From the IMG/VR virus record IMGVR_UViG_3300035156_000206, positions 1-64,000 of that record: DNA of 64,000 nucleotides. One strand, given 5' to 3'. Below are positions 14,392-22,401 of this stretch, piece after piece (position 1 is the stretch's first letter; each line of letters starts with the position of its first letter). The notes beneath the pieces are model-generated. The model was given only the letters and a program-made list of their open reading frames with translations. It searched no databases and had not been told where the DNA came from. Both the position numbers and the translations under genes were made by a program.

Positions 14392-14509
14392 GGGAACAAA
14401 TACCAAACGATTTAAACGCGTTATACGCGATTTGTTTTACAATCGGTAAGCAAATGCGATCGACGAAGGAAAACCGTGCAAACGTTGATCTGAACGGTTT
14501 CCGATGTGT

Positions 14510-14785
14510 TTACGTGAGGAGGACAGATAGCGGATCGATGGTCTCGATGTTCAGCTTTGTGAACACGCGTTCCATGAGCTCATCGGTGAGGTCTGGTTGA
14601 TCGGCTCCCCACATGCGGTACACTGTCCAGAAGCGGCCATTGCTTTCTTTCAGGCCGTTGATCAGCCACTCGCAGATCTGGTGCATCAAGTAGCGAGCTT
14701 CTGGTGTGTACTCTGGTGCACCGATCAGTCCGGTCTGGACATCACGGAACACCGCAATCACGTCGTCCTTGCAAGTGGCGATCAT
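14510..14785 (-). CDS. Hypothetical protein
   Basis: 91 aa; ATGA overlap. Confidence 0.75.
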   Translation of the reverse strand: MIATCKDDVIAVFRDVQTGLIGAPEYTPEARYLMHQICEWLINGLKESNGRFWTVYRMWGADQPDLTDELMERVFTKLNIETIDPLSVLLT

Positions 14786-15342
14786 GCTGTTGCCTTATCG
14801 TCTGGGTTGACGTATACTTGCATCAGCAGTTCCCGCGGTTGCATCTTGACCTTTGGGAACAGGGCATTGTGTCCCATGTTGACCACGACCGGCTTGCCAC
14901 AGTGTTCGCCACCAGCAACCACGACGCCGCTTTCGCCAGTATCAATTGTCTTCACGACCATGCCGGCCCACATTGGGAACCGAGGCGGAAGCCACTTGAC
15001 AATATCGGCGGTCCATTCGAACATCTGCAGTGCGGTGATCTTGCCCGCATCATGTGCGTGGAAGTAGTACTCGGCCAGCTCTGGAATGGTGACGCACTCA
15101 TCGACGCCCATGCCATAGTAGCCCATGCCGTACAAGGCATTCAGCCGTTCCGTAACCGATGTGGTCTGGAGGAAGATGTAGGCATCGATTACGTGGAACA
15201 GCTTCTCGTCCGAAAAGAAGTTGCCACGCCACGGCAGACCTTTGATTTGGTCCGAATTGGTGATCACGAGCTCGCCGATTGCATCCAGGCGACGTCGCAT
15301 CTCAGCAGCATTGCCGGTCAGTAGTATGGTCTTGTCAGTCAT
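14782..15342 (-). CDS. Hypothetical protein
   Basis: 186 aa; repeat promoter, GGAG. Confidence 0.8.
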   Translation of the reverse strand: MTDKTILLTGNAAEMRRRLDAIGELVITNSDQIKGLPWRGNFFSDEKLFHVIDAYIFLQTTSVTERLNALYGMGYYGMGVDECVTIPELAEYYFHAHDAGKITALQMFEWTADIVKWLPPRFPMWAGMVVKTIDTGESGVVVAGGEHCGKPVVVNMGHNALFPKVKMQPRELLMQVYVNPDDKATA

Positions 15343-15355
15343 TTTGTATCTCCGT

Positions 15356-15403
15356 TTCGTCAGTTGATGTAATCATTATACTGCTTTTTCCAAAATAGTC
15401 AAC
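15356..15403 (-). promoter_or_regulatory. Conserved early promoter+leader repeat, back-to-back with a + promoter
   Basis: TTGACT-17-TATAAT; shared palindrome GTCAACTGTTGAC. Confidence 0.9.
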
Positions 15404-15433
15404 TGTTGACTTTTCTGAGAATCCAAGTATAAT

Positions 15434-15518
15434 AGACTTACCGTGACCATAGGAGAGGGGAGGTATGGCGATACGGTTCGCAACGGGACACAACAAAAGA
15501 GGACCGAAGTCCTCTTTT
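15434..15518 (+). ncRNA. Three-copy small RNA/peptide cassette, copy A
   Basis: TTGACT-16-TATAAT then AGACTTACCG-N7-AGGAGAG-N4-GGTATGGCGATACGGTTC; terminator 15495-15518. Confidence 0.6.
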
Positions 15519-15520
15519 GG

Positions 15521-15859
15521 TTAGCGGATGATCAGGACCTTCAGGATTGGCTGGTTGCAATATTCTGCAGGCGAATCCAAATCGACCTCCTGGTCTTCGT
15601 CATCCATTGCACCGCGCAGGGCACGTTCAGCTTCTTCGACCTTCTCTTCATCCAGGGTCTGGAACTTCTCTGCGTTCGAGCACCATGCAACTGACTCGAC
15701 CGTAATCTGACCAATCTCCTCAGCCACTTCCGTCCGCCAGTAATCGCCCAGGGGCCGAGCAAAGTGAATTGGATTAGCCAACTCGTCTGGGTCCATTTGG
15801 GCCAACAGATCCATTAGTTGCTTACCGGTGATGGAACCACTTTCGCTGTGACGTGCCAT
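15521..15859 (-). CDS. Hypothetical acidic protein
   Basis: 112 aa; repeat promoter near 15893-15921, AGGAG. Confidence 0.8.
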   Translation of the reverse strand: MARHSESGSITGKQLMDLLAQMDPDELANPIHFARPLGDYWRTEVAEEIGQITVESVAWCSNAEKFQTLDEEKVEEAERALRGAMDDEDQEVDLDSPAEYCNQPILKVLIIR

Positions 15860-15925
15860 TTTAGTTCTCCTGTTTGTTTAGTCAATATAATCATTATACT
15901 GACTTTTGGAAAAATGTCAACGCTG

Positions 15926-16411
15926 TTACTCTGCGTTCCACGAACTGGTTGGCAGACCCACAAATTCGATTTCGTCGCCAATGCGCATATAGCGTTGGAT
16001 GTGGTATTGGTTCATCATGTGATCAAACCACAGGCAGGTGTTGGTACCAACATCAATACCAACAACTTCAAATTCACGGCTGGCGCCGGCCGAGCGTTGC
16101 AGGAAGTAGTCAAGGTGGTCGAATGACTCCACCCGGCCGAGGTCGTACACATGGTCCCCCTGAGCTTCCAGGGCACAGAAGGTCAGCAGTGGTACAGCAT
16201 CATTCTCGCAGCGGATGACCCCGTGCCAATCCTGAGACAACTCAACCGCGCTGATGCCCCATTCACAACCTGGCACATCATGCCAAAGAATTTGGTTCGT
16301 TTCCTGCTTCACGGCAATAGGTTCCATGCCCGTATAACCAGCAGCTTCGAATGCCTGACCTATCATGGCACAGGTCATTTCCTTTTCTACTTCCAGGCGC
16401 TTGAGTTTCAT
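15926..16411 (-). CDS. Hypothetical protein
   Basis: start moved to MKLKRL after repeat leader. Confidence 0.8.
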   Translation of the reverse strand: MKLKRLEVEKEMTCAMIGQAFEAAGYTGMEPIAVKQETNQILWHDVPGCEWGISAVELSQDWHGVIRCENDAVPLLTFCALEAQGDHVYDLGRVESFDHLDYFLQRSAGASREFEVVGIDVGTNTCLWFDHMMNQYHIQRYMRIGDEIEFVGLPTSSWNAE

Positions 16412-16421
16412 TTTATTCCCT

Positions 16422-16469
16422 TTCGTCAGTTGATGCAATCATTATACTGATTTTTCCAAAATTGTCAAC
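16422..16469 (-). promoter_or_regulatory. Conserved early promoter+leader repeat, back-to-back with a + promoter
   Basis: TTGACA-17-TATAAT...AACTGACGAAAGGG. Confidence 0.9.
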
Positions 16470-16526
16470 TGTTGACTTTATTGGCAAATTGTATTATAGT
16501 GTTTACATCAACAATAGGAGATCACA

Positions 16527-16922
16527 ATGCATGTAACAGAACATACGTTGAATGGTGAACGCACCATGACGCCATTCGTCCAGAAGCTGGTTAATGAACT
16601 GGGTGAATGCTGCCGGGAGTACCGCCTCACAGAAGAGGACGACAAGGTCACCTTTGTGTTCCCTTACATGAAGCGTCAGGGCGTGATCATGTACGATGGC
16701 GAGCTGATGTTGCTGGCAGGAGCGTACATCATCAGTTCCGATGACGACACTGAACACTACTTCATCCTTGTTGCTGGCACTATGGACGGGGACTCGTTCT
16801 TGTTCACTCCAGTCGACGAGGTACAAGAAGTCGTTGGGATGGATCTCGGCAACTTGCCTGTCCTCTACATCCAGCAACACGATATCGGCTTCGTCGATAT
16901 GCTGGCTCCACTGGTTAACTAA
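16527..16922 (+). CDS. Hypothetical acidic protein
   Basis: 131 aa; AGGAG RBS; divergent promoter. Confidence 0.75.
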   Translation: MHVTEHTLNGERTMTPFVQKLVNELGECCREYRLTEEDDKVTFVFPYMKRQGVIMYDGELMLLAGAYIISSDDDTEHYFILVAGTMDGDSFLFTPVDEVQEVVGMDLGNLPVLYIQQHDIGFVDMLAPLVN

Positions 16923-16958
16923 ACCAGCGTTGATTATCTCCCTGAAATGGGAGATAAT

Positions 16959-17038
16959 AGACTTACCGGTGAGCAGGAGAGTCGAGGTATGGGGATTCGG
17001 TTCACCCCTGGCAACAAGGAGCAACTGCTCCTTGTTGC
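16959..17038 (+). ncRNA. Three-copy small RNA/peptide cassette, copy B
   Basis: TTGATT-17-GATAAT then AGACTTACCG-N6-AGGAGAG-N4-GGTATGGGGATTCGGTTC; 12-bp hairpin 17011-17038. Confidence 0.6.
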
Positions 17039-17335
17039 TTACTTCTCCTGCGTCTCGGTAACGAACCGCCAGCCTTCCAGCTTAGGAAAGCGTTCAAGCG
17101 TCGCATCGGTCGGCTTCAAGTACCAGTCGGTCTGGTTGGCACCATACAGCGCGGTCGGGGGCCGCTTCTCATGCTGATGCACATACCATTCGGTGGTCTG
17201 CCCACCCAGGTCGACAACCTTCAATATCATGTCTGCCGACATATCAATGCCTTCCTGGTCGGCACCAAAGGACCGGACGCGGTGTTTGTGATCTGTACCA
17301 GAAGCAGCAGTGGCAAGGTTGAGTGTCGTGTTCAT
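17039..17335 (-). CDS. Hypothetical protein
   Basis: 98 aa; GGAGG RBS. Confidence 0.75.
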   Translation of the reverse strand: MNTTLNLATAASGTDHKHRVRSFGADQEGIDMSADMILKVVDLGGQTTEWYVHQHEKRPPTALYGANQTDWYLKPTDATLERFPKLEGWRFVTETQEK

Positions 17336-17391
17336 AGTACCTCCAGCAGATGGAAAAAAGGGAGCCCTCAGGCCCCCTCCTTGTTGGCTTA

Positions 17392-17658
17392 TTAGGCCGT
17401 AGCGCCCTGGCCGATCAGACCAGCTTTGCGCTTGAAGTTCTGCAGGTACGTTGCAGCACCTTTCGGGGTCAGGTCCGCAGCTGCAACAACCAGCTCCAGG
17501 ATCGCCGAACGCTTCGGCACTGGCTGCTCGCTGTAAGCCGCCTGGAAGATTTCAGCAGCCTTGGCTGCCTTCGAAACAGCCACCGGGGTGCTGATCACTT
17601 CAGCAGCGGTGCTCACTGCAGCGGTTGCGACGACTGCTTTGTTGGAGTTCTTTTTCAT
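17392..17658 (-). CDS. Small Ala/Lys-rich protein, repeat-family domain
   Basis: 88 aa; LTPKGAATYLQN motif; promoter near 17718-17745. Confidence 0.8.
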   Translation of the reverse strand: MKKNSNKAVVATAAVSTAAEVISTPVAVSKAAKAAEIFQAAYSEQPVPKRSAILELVVAAADLTPKGAATYLQNFKRKAGLIGQGATA

Positions 17659-17873
17659 GATAGTTTCTCGCTTTCTTGGTTATTCGCATCAGCATTATTG
17701 CTTCAGTCGATATATTCATTATACTTACTTTTCATCTTTTGTCAACAGTTTCTTTTTCGCTGCCACCGGTTCCTGTTAACACTTCTTCCCAACCGATGAG
17801 ATCAGTATACTTGCTTTTCAACTAAAGTCAACGGCATTCCCTTGTTGACTTCTATGGGAAGCCTCCGTATAAT

Positions 17874-17957
17874 AGACTTACCGGTCCCTAGGAGAGAGGT
17901 GGTATGGGGATTTGGTTCAGGCGGGGGAACCTGGACCAAGGACCACGGCCTAGGTGA
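17874..17957 (+). ncRNA. Three-copy small RNA/peptide cassette, copy C
   Basis: TTGACT-17-TATAAT then AGACTTACCG-N6-AGGAGAG-N4-GGTATGGGGATTTGGTTC; 3' end uncertain. Confidence 0.55.
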
Positions 17958-18029
17958 GGTTGCACCAGGACCAAGGTGCTGGCCTATGTTCAACCTGAGC
18001 CAGGACCTAGTGGTGCAGGCTCAAACCAT

Positions 18030-18385
18030 GGTCCTCCACAAATGCCCGACCCCCTGGTCCTACCAGAACCAAGATCCACAATTGGGTTTTGACAACCTGA
18101 AACTAGGTCCTCCACAAATGCCCGACCCCCCTGTACCAAACCACAATTGGGATTTTGAAGACCAAACCACAATTGGGAAAACATGGTACATTGCAATTGG
18201 CCAACCCCCTGCACCAAACCACAATTGGTCAAATGGCACAATTCCACAATTGGGATTTTGGTCGATTTCAAATGGGGGTGGACGGACCGGTCGACAATTG
18301 ACAACTGGTTGTTTCAGAACCACAACAGGAGGATGAGGTACAACTAGGGATGGCACGATATGAACGAACCAGATCCACAAATGGG
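18030..18385. repeat. Iteron-like direct repeats, putative origin or packaging/terminal signal
   Basis: CCACAATTGG at 18076, 18141, 18167, 18219, 18244; 24-bp GGTCCTCCACAAATGCCCGACCCC at 18030 and 18106. Confidence 0.85.
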
Positions 18386-18460
18386 GAATTAGGAAATCAG
18401 AATGGGACACGCAACATGACTTGTGAACCAAGACCATGGTGGTTTGAAACTAGACTGGTA

Positions 18461-18538
18461 GGGGTCGGGGGGTGAGCCTACTGAAATACAGGGGGGTCGG
18501 GGGGGTACGTAATTGCGCCTAACCACGGGGGTCGGGGG
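18461..18538 (+). repeat. Second GGGTCGG/G-tract cluster
   Basis: GGGTCGG at 18462, 18494, 18529 within long G runs. Confidence 0.85.
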
Positions 18539-18708
18539 CCTAGTATTTGGTGTTGGTACGAATCACTTGTCTCTTTCAATCTTGTGCTCGTACCAACTTG
18601 ACATCAACACCGACATATTATTCCAATCATCTAGCGGGTGGTAGGTACCGGACATCAGCGCATATTGAATTAACGTGCTGCATCTAGCCCATATGTTGAT
18701 GTCTGGTA

Positions 18709-18942
18709 TTACGCTACTGCCGAGCCACCTTCACGGGAGGTGACCATGCCGGCCTTGCGACGGCAATTCTGGTAGTAGGTCGAAGCACCCTTCTCGGTCA
18801 GGCCAACTTCTTTCTGCAGGCGCGCCAGGACGATCTTGCGACTGAACCCGATGGTATCAGAGAAGATCTTGGCTGCTTTCACAACTTTACTTTCGCCACG
18901 TGGGGTACGGATTGTGGTCGAATTGGTTGTGGGCTTAGTCAT
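18709..18942 (-). CDS. Small basic protein, repeat-family domain
   Basis: 77 aa; LTEKGASTYYQN motif; GGAG RBS; TTGACT-17-TAGAAT at 19033-19061. Confidence 0.8.
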   Translation of the reverse strand: MTKPTTNSTTIRTPRGESKVVKAAKIFSDTIGFSRKIVLARLQKEVGLTEKGASTYYQNCRRKAGMVTSREGGSAVA

Positions 18943-19132
18943 GGTGGTACTCCTTCAGGGGTTAAATAACAGGGTTTGGGTTATCTACCAGTGGAGGGAA
19001 CGAACGTGTTCTTCCTCCACCGCTAAGTAACCATTCTACTTACTACAAAAACAAAAGTCAAGGAAAACATCGAGTACCTGTTGATTAAAATCAAAATTTA
19101 CTGTAATAAACATTTCCTCTCGGAAACATCCT

Positions 19133-19582
19133 TCAGGCCATCATACCTTGACGCTTCATGTACTTAGTAACAAGCACAATGTGTTTACACGCACCTGGTA
19201 TTGCATCTCCCGGGTTCAAAGGAGCCCTCTTGGGCCTCTGCCTCAAATGGTCCGGGACAGGCACATACTTCGGTCTGTGCATTCCGAACAGCGCATGCAC
19301 CTTTCGGTTTGCCTCGCTGAACCAGAACCTAAAACTAGGACAATTGCATCGGACCACAACATTGTTCTCCTCACTGACAGGTCCTTCGACCTGGTTGAAT
19401 TGAACAACGACCTTATAGACCTTCTTGTCCGGAGATGCTACCTCCGCCCGAACAATCTTGGTCTTCACACCAAGCATGTCCGTAACATGAAAATCAAATA
19501 TGGCATAATCCTCAATCACCGCCCTATTAAATACTCCAGGCTGCAACGCTTCACCGCCTGCAACAAGATCACTAAACTTCAT
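19133..19582 (-). CDS. SWIM zinc-finger protein
   Basis: CNC...CKH pattern (VRCNCPSF...GACKHIV); promoter near 19618-19646. Confidence 0.75.
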   Translation of the reverse strand: MKFSDLVAGGEALQPGVFNRAVIEDYAIFDFHVTDMLGVKTKIVRAEVASPDKKVYKVVVQFNQVEGPVSEENNVVVRCNCPSFRFWFSEANRKVHALFGMHRPKYVPVPDHLRQRPKRAPLNPGDAIPGACKHIVLVTKYMKRQGMMA

Positions 19583-19714
19583 CTGTTCACCTGCTAATGT
19601 AATACACTATGATGATCATTATACTGATTTCTTGCTTAAAGTCAACGCTGTTCTCTTAAAAACCTAACTAATATACAATACGAATTCTCAATCGAAATTT
19701 GGAACCATACTATT

Positions 19715-20059
19715 ATGATAACCACCTCCCCGACTACCATCGATCGCTTCACAGCCATTGCAACAGAAGTCATCCAGACACTTACCAACACAGGCGTCCT
19801 CCGACTCCTTAAAGATGCGGCTGGGACCGACCCCCTAGATGCAACATCTGCTGACGGCCAACGCATCATCCGAGCCATGGCCACTAAGATCTATGATGGT
19901 GCAATCAAAGATATGAACCAACATCTCGCCCTGGACCAACCACAACCGTCCGACCCCGATGCAGACCTAATCGCCAAACAAGAACTGGACCGACAGTGGC
20001 AAGAGCAACAAGCACTACTGGGCCCCAAGCCAGGACCGGCGCGCCGGACTATCAGCTAA
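19715..20059 (+). CDS. Hypothetical protein
   Basis: 114-aa ORF. Confidence 0.65.
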   Translation: MITTSPTTIDRFTAIATEVIQTLTNTGVLRLLKDAAGTDPLDATSADGQRIIRAMATKIYDGAIKDMNQHLALDQPQPSDPDADLIAKQELDRQWQEQQALLGPKPGPARRTIS

Positions 20060-20140
20060 TAAACCTCGTTGACAAATCTGTGTAATCCTCTCTATAATAG
20101 AATTAATCGATCGGCGAGATTAATTCCATAGGGACTGACT

Positions 20141-20980
20141 ATGCATCACAATTACGAAGAACCCAGCGTCACAGCGGAACACATTGTTCAGGCCAAAAAC
20201 CTGAACATCCTTCCACTGACCATGGAACAAGCAATTATCATCCAAGGCTTCACAGGCCTCAATATCGTACCACCAGAACTGTTCGACCAGGACAAAGCCG
20301 AGCGCCTGAACGGTGGCATCGAGTTCGACACGACCCAGACACAATACCGAGAAGACTTCCTCCGGCTGGTACGTGGCGTCTACCAGAATGAAATGGACGA
20401 CTACCCAGCACTGACCAAAATGGTCTACCGCCTCATCGAACAGAAAATGGACAACGATCCATTTGCCTGCTGGGACACACGGGTCGACATCCTGATCGCA
20501 ACACACCTGAACCACAAGACCCAGGCATCCCTGCGCGTCTCCATTGAACTGGAACACCAAGGTACTATCGAGTTCACAGAACGCCCAGGGCCAACTCCAC
20601 AAACATGGATTGTGATCAACAGGCCCGATCCTACCGCAGACCAACTGAACGTCGCCATCACCAATGTCGTCGAACAGATGCATGGCGACCAGCCACTGTC
20701 GGGGACATACGAAATGATCCTCCCCATGAGCCTTCCGACCCGGGTGGAACAATCCTTCTCCGACCAGGTAAAGGCCCTGTACAAATTGGACAGCCTCGAG
20801 ATCACCAGGGGTCGGTTCACAAGGCACCAAACCAAGTTGACATTGACCAAGGGGTCGGACCTGGGAATTAACGACGGGGGGTCGGGGGCACTGGAACCAG
20901 CATTCACCGGTACCCTCAATGAGGTGCGCATCGCCTCCCAGGGTCGGGAGCACGATGAGCGAGGTTGGCAGCCTAAGTAA
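20141..20980 (+). CDS. Hypothetical protein
   Basis: 279 aa; TTGACA-18-TATAAT at 20069-20098. Confidence 0.8.
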   Translation: MHHNYEEPSVTAEHIVQAKNLNILPLTMEQAIIIQGFTGLNIVPPELFDQDKAERLNGGIEFDTTQTQYREDFLRLVRGVYQNEMDDYPALTKMVYRLIEQKMDNDPFACWDTRVDILIATHLNHKTQASLRVSIELEHQGTIEFTERPGPTPQTWIVINRPDPTADQLNVAITNVVEQMHGDQPLSGTYEMILPMSLPTRVEQSFSDQVKALYKLDSLEITRGRFTRHQTKLTLTKGSDLGINDGGSGALEPAFTGTLNEVRIASQGREHDERGWQPK

Positions 20981-21932
20981 TCATCGGCAGTAGGTTGAAG
21001 AGGTCGGAGAACAGGCCGTGAATGTTCTGGACTATGTACTGTGTGTCGGATCCATGGTACGAGGTACAGTTCATAGCCACGGCCTGTCGGGCCTCCATCC
21101 TAAGGGTCGGGTCGTACTTCCACATTCTGATGATTCGGAAGCCAGACCGTATGGCGATATGGTTCAGCTCCGACTTGCCAAGGTTGCAGATGTCCACCAC
21201 GTACACATTGGCGGGGTCGGACGGGTACTGGGCACAATACATCACAGCAACATTCTCCAACAAACCTGGTAATGGATCGTGACCTAAAAAGATCGACCAA
21301 CCACACCAGTCCGACCCATACACCTCATCAGGCCTCCATGGTAGATCACTATGGGCATAGGTCGCGCGCCACTTCAACCATTCAGGATGGTCCCTCAATC
21401 CCAGGCGCGATACAAACTTCACAGCCTCCATGAACGGCCTGTACCCGACCCCCTTGGGGAACGGAACCAAGTTGTCGATATTTCCCAGGGCCGACGGCCT
21501 ATGTTGCTTCTTCTGTCCCAAGAACTTAACCCAACCTTCCCATTCATCCTTATAGTACCTATCCGGTTGCTTCGGGATCCTATGGGGTCGGGGGGACAGA
21601 TCCTTATGAGCCTCATGGTACTGATCCATGGTCAATAGGTTCAATGGTGCAATAAGGTCCTTAGCCTCTTGGTACGACATAAAGGTTGTACCTAACCAAT
21701 CTGGCCAACCCGTCCACCGCTCCTTATAGGCTAGGTCAGGACGCTTGGGAATGTCCCCAGGCAACTTCGGACCATCACAGAACTGTTCCCAATCCTTTTG
21801 GTTCTCCAGACCTTGCCTGTGCACATATTGTAGGGCGAGCCTATACGAACGGTGCCTAAGTTTTGGTCGTCCCGGACCAGTTTGTTTCTTAGGTCTTCCA
21901 GCCTTAACAATTCGTTCCTTGGTGTTTTCCAC
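20973..21932 (-). CDS. AT-hook-like plus integrase-repeat-unit DNA-binding protein
   Basis: two GRP motifs; three repeats Y/F..A...L.L....W...P..PD..Y...W.GW..L G; TAAATA at 21970-21975. Confidence 0.8.
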   Translation of the reverse strand: MENTKERIVKAGRPKKQTGPGRPKLRHRSYRLALQYVHRQGLENQKDWEQFCDGPKLPGDIPKRPDLAYKERWTGWPDWLGTTFMSYQEAKDLIAPLNLLTMDQYHEAHKDLSPRPHRIPKQPDRYYKDEWEGWVKFLGQKKQHRPSALGNIDNLVPFPKGVGYRPFMEAVKFVSRLGLRDHPEWLKWRATYAHSDLPWRPDEVYGSDWCGWSIFLGHDPLPGLLENVAVMYCAQYPSDPANVYVVDICNLGKSELNHIAIRSGFRIIRMWKYDPTLRMEARQAVAMNCTSYHGSDTQYIVQNIHGLFSDLFNLLPMIT

Positions 21933-22127
21933 TTTTACCCCTGCTACGGTTACTGTTGTACATACGGGCTATTTATTGTGGACAAAATGTCTGGATTTGT
22001 ACTATAATGAACAATGGGTTAGGTTGTCCCCACTATACTGGTTTTTCGGCAACTTTTCAACAAATCTTCTTGACTGGTTGCAGCTATGTGTTGTACGTTA
22101 ATCGTTTTGTCTCTTTTGGGGAGTATC

Positions 22128-22337
22128 ATGGGTTCTGGTTTCTTGGATGGGTTGATGCGTGACTTGTTGATAAGTTTGCTAGCGGTTGTGTTCGCGGTTG
22201 GGTTATTGAGTGCAGGCGGTATGTATCTCTACATGAGGAGTTCTATCGATACGCCAGAGGTAGCTGCTAGTAAGTTGGCTAAGGAGCGTGCTCGTGTTAT
22301 GGAGGAATGTATTAAGGCTCGTATGGTGTGTAAGTAA
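22128..22337 (+). CDS. Small membrane protein, C-x5-VC family
   Basis: TM helix then CIKARMVC. Confidence 0.7.
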   Translation: MGSGFLDGLMRDLLISLLAVVFAVGLLSAGGMYLYMRSSIDTPEVAASKLAKERARVMEECIKARMVCK

Positions 22338-22401
22338 GACTGCTTGTCAGCCATGCGGGGGATATTGTATAATAAAGAGTTGATCTCAAAGGGAAGCTGA
22401 T

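Noticed and set aside
1337-16469. 47-bp repeats as a CRISPR array
   Set aside because: Copies are dispersed, separated by whole genes, occur on both strands and contain -35/-10 boxes; no regular spacers and no cas genes.
18072-18080. DnaA boxes (xxATCCACA)
   Set aside because: Only a 7/9 match to TTATCCACA, and better explained as part of the CCACAATTGG repeat.
17842-18437. ORFs 17842-18336(+), 17990-18304(-), 18060-18437(-)
   Set aside because: Products simply mirror the DNA repeats; no RBS; treated as shadow frames of a non-coding repeat region.
20973-21932. Integrase / prophage
   Set aside because: Only the small repeat units are present; no tyrosine or serine recombinase catalytic domain and no att sites identified.
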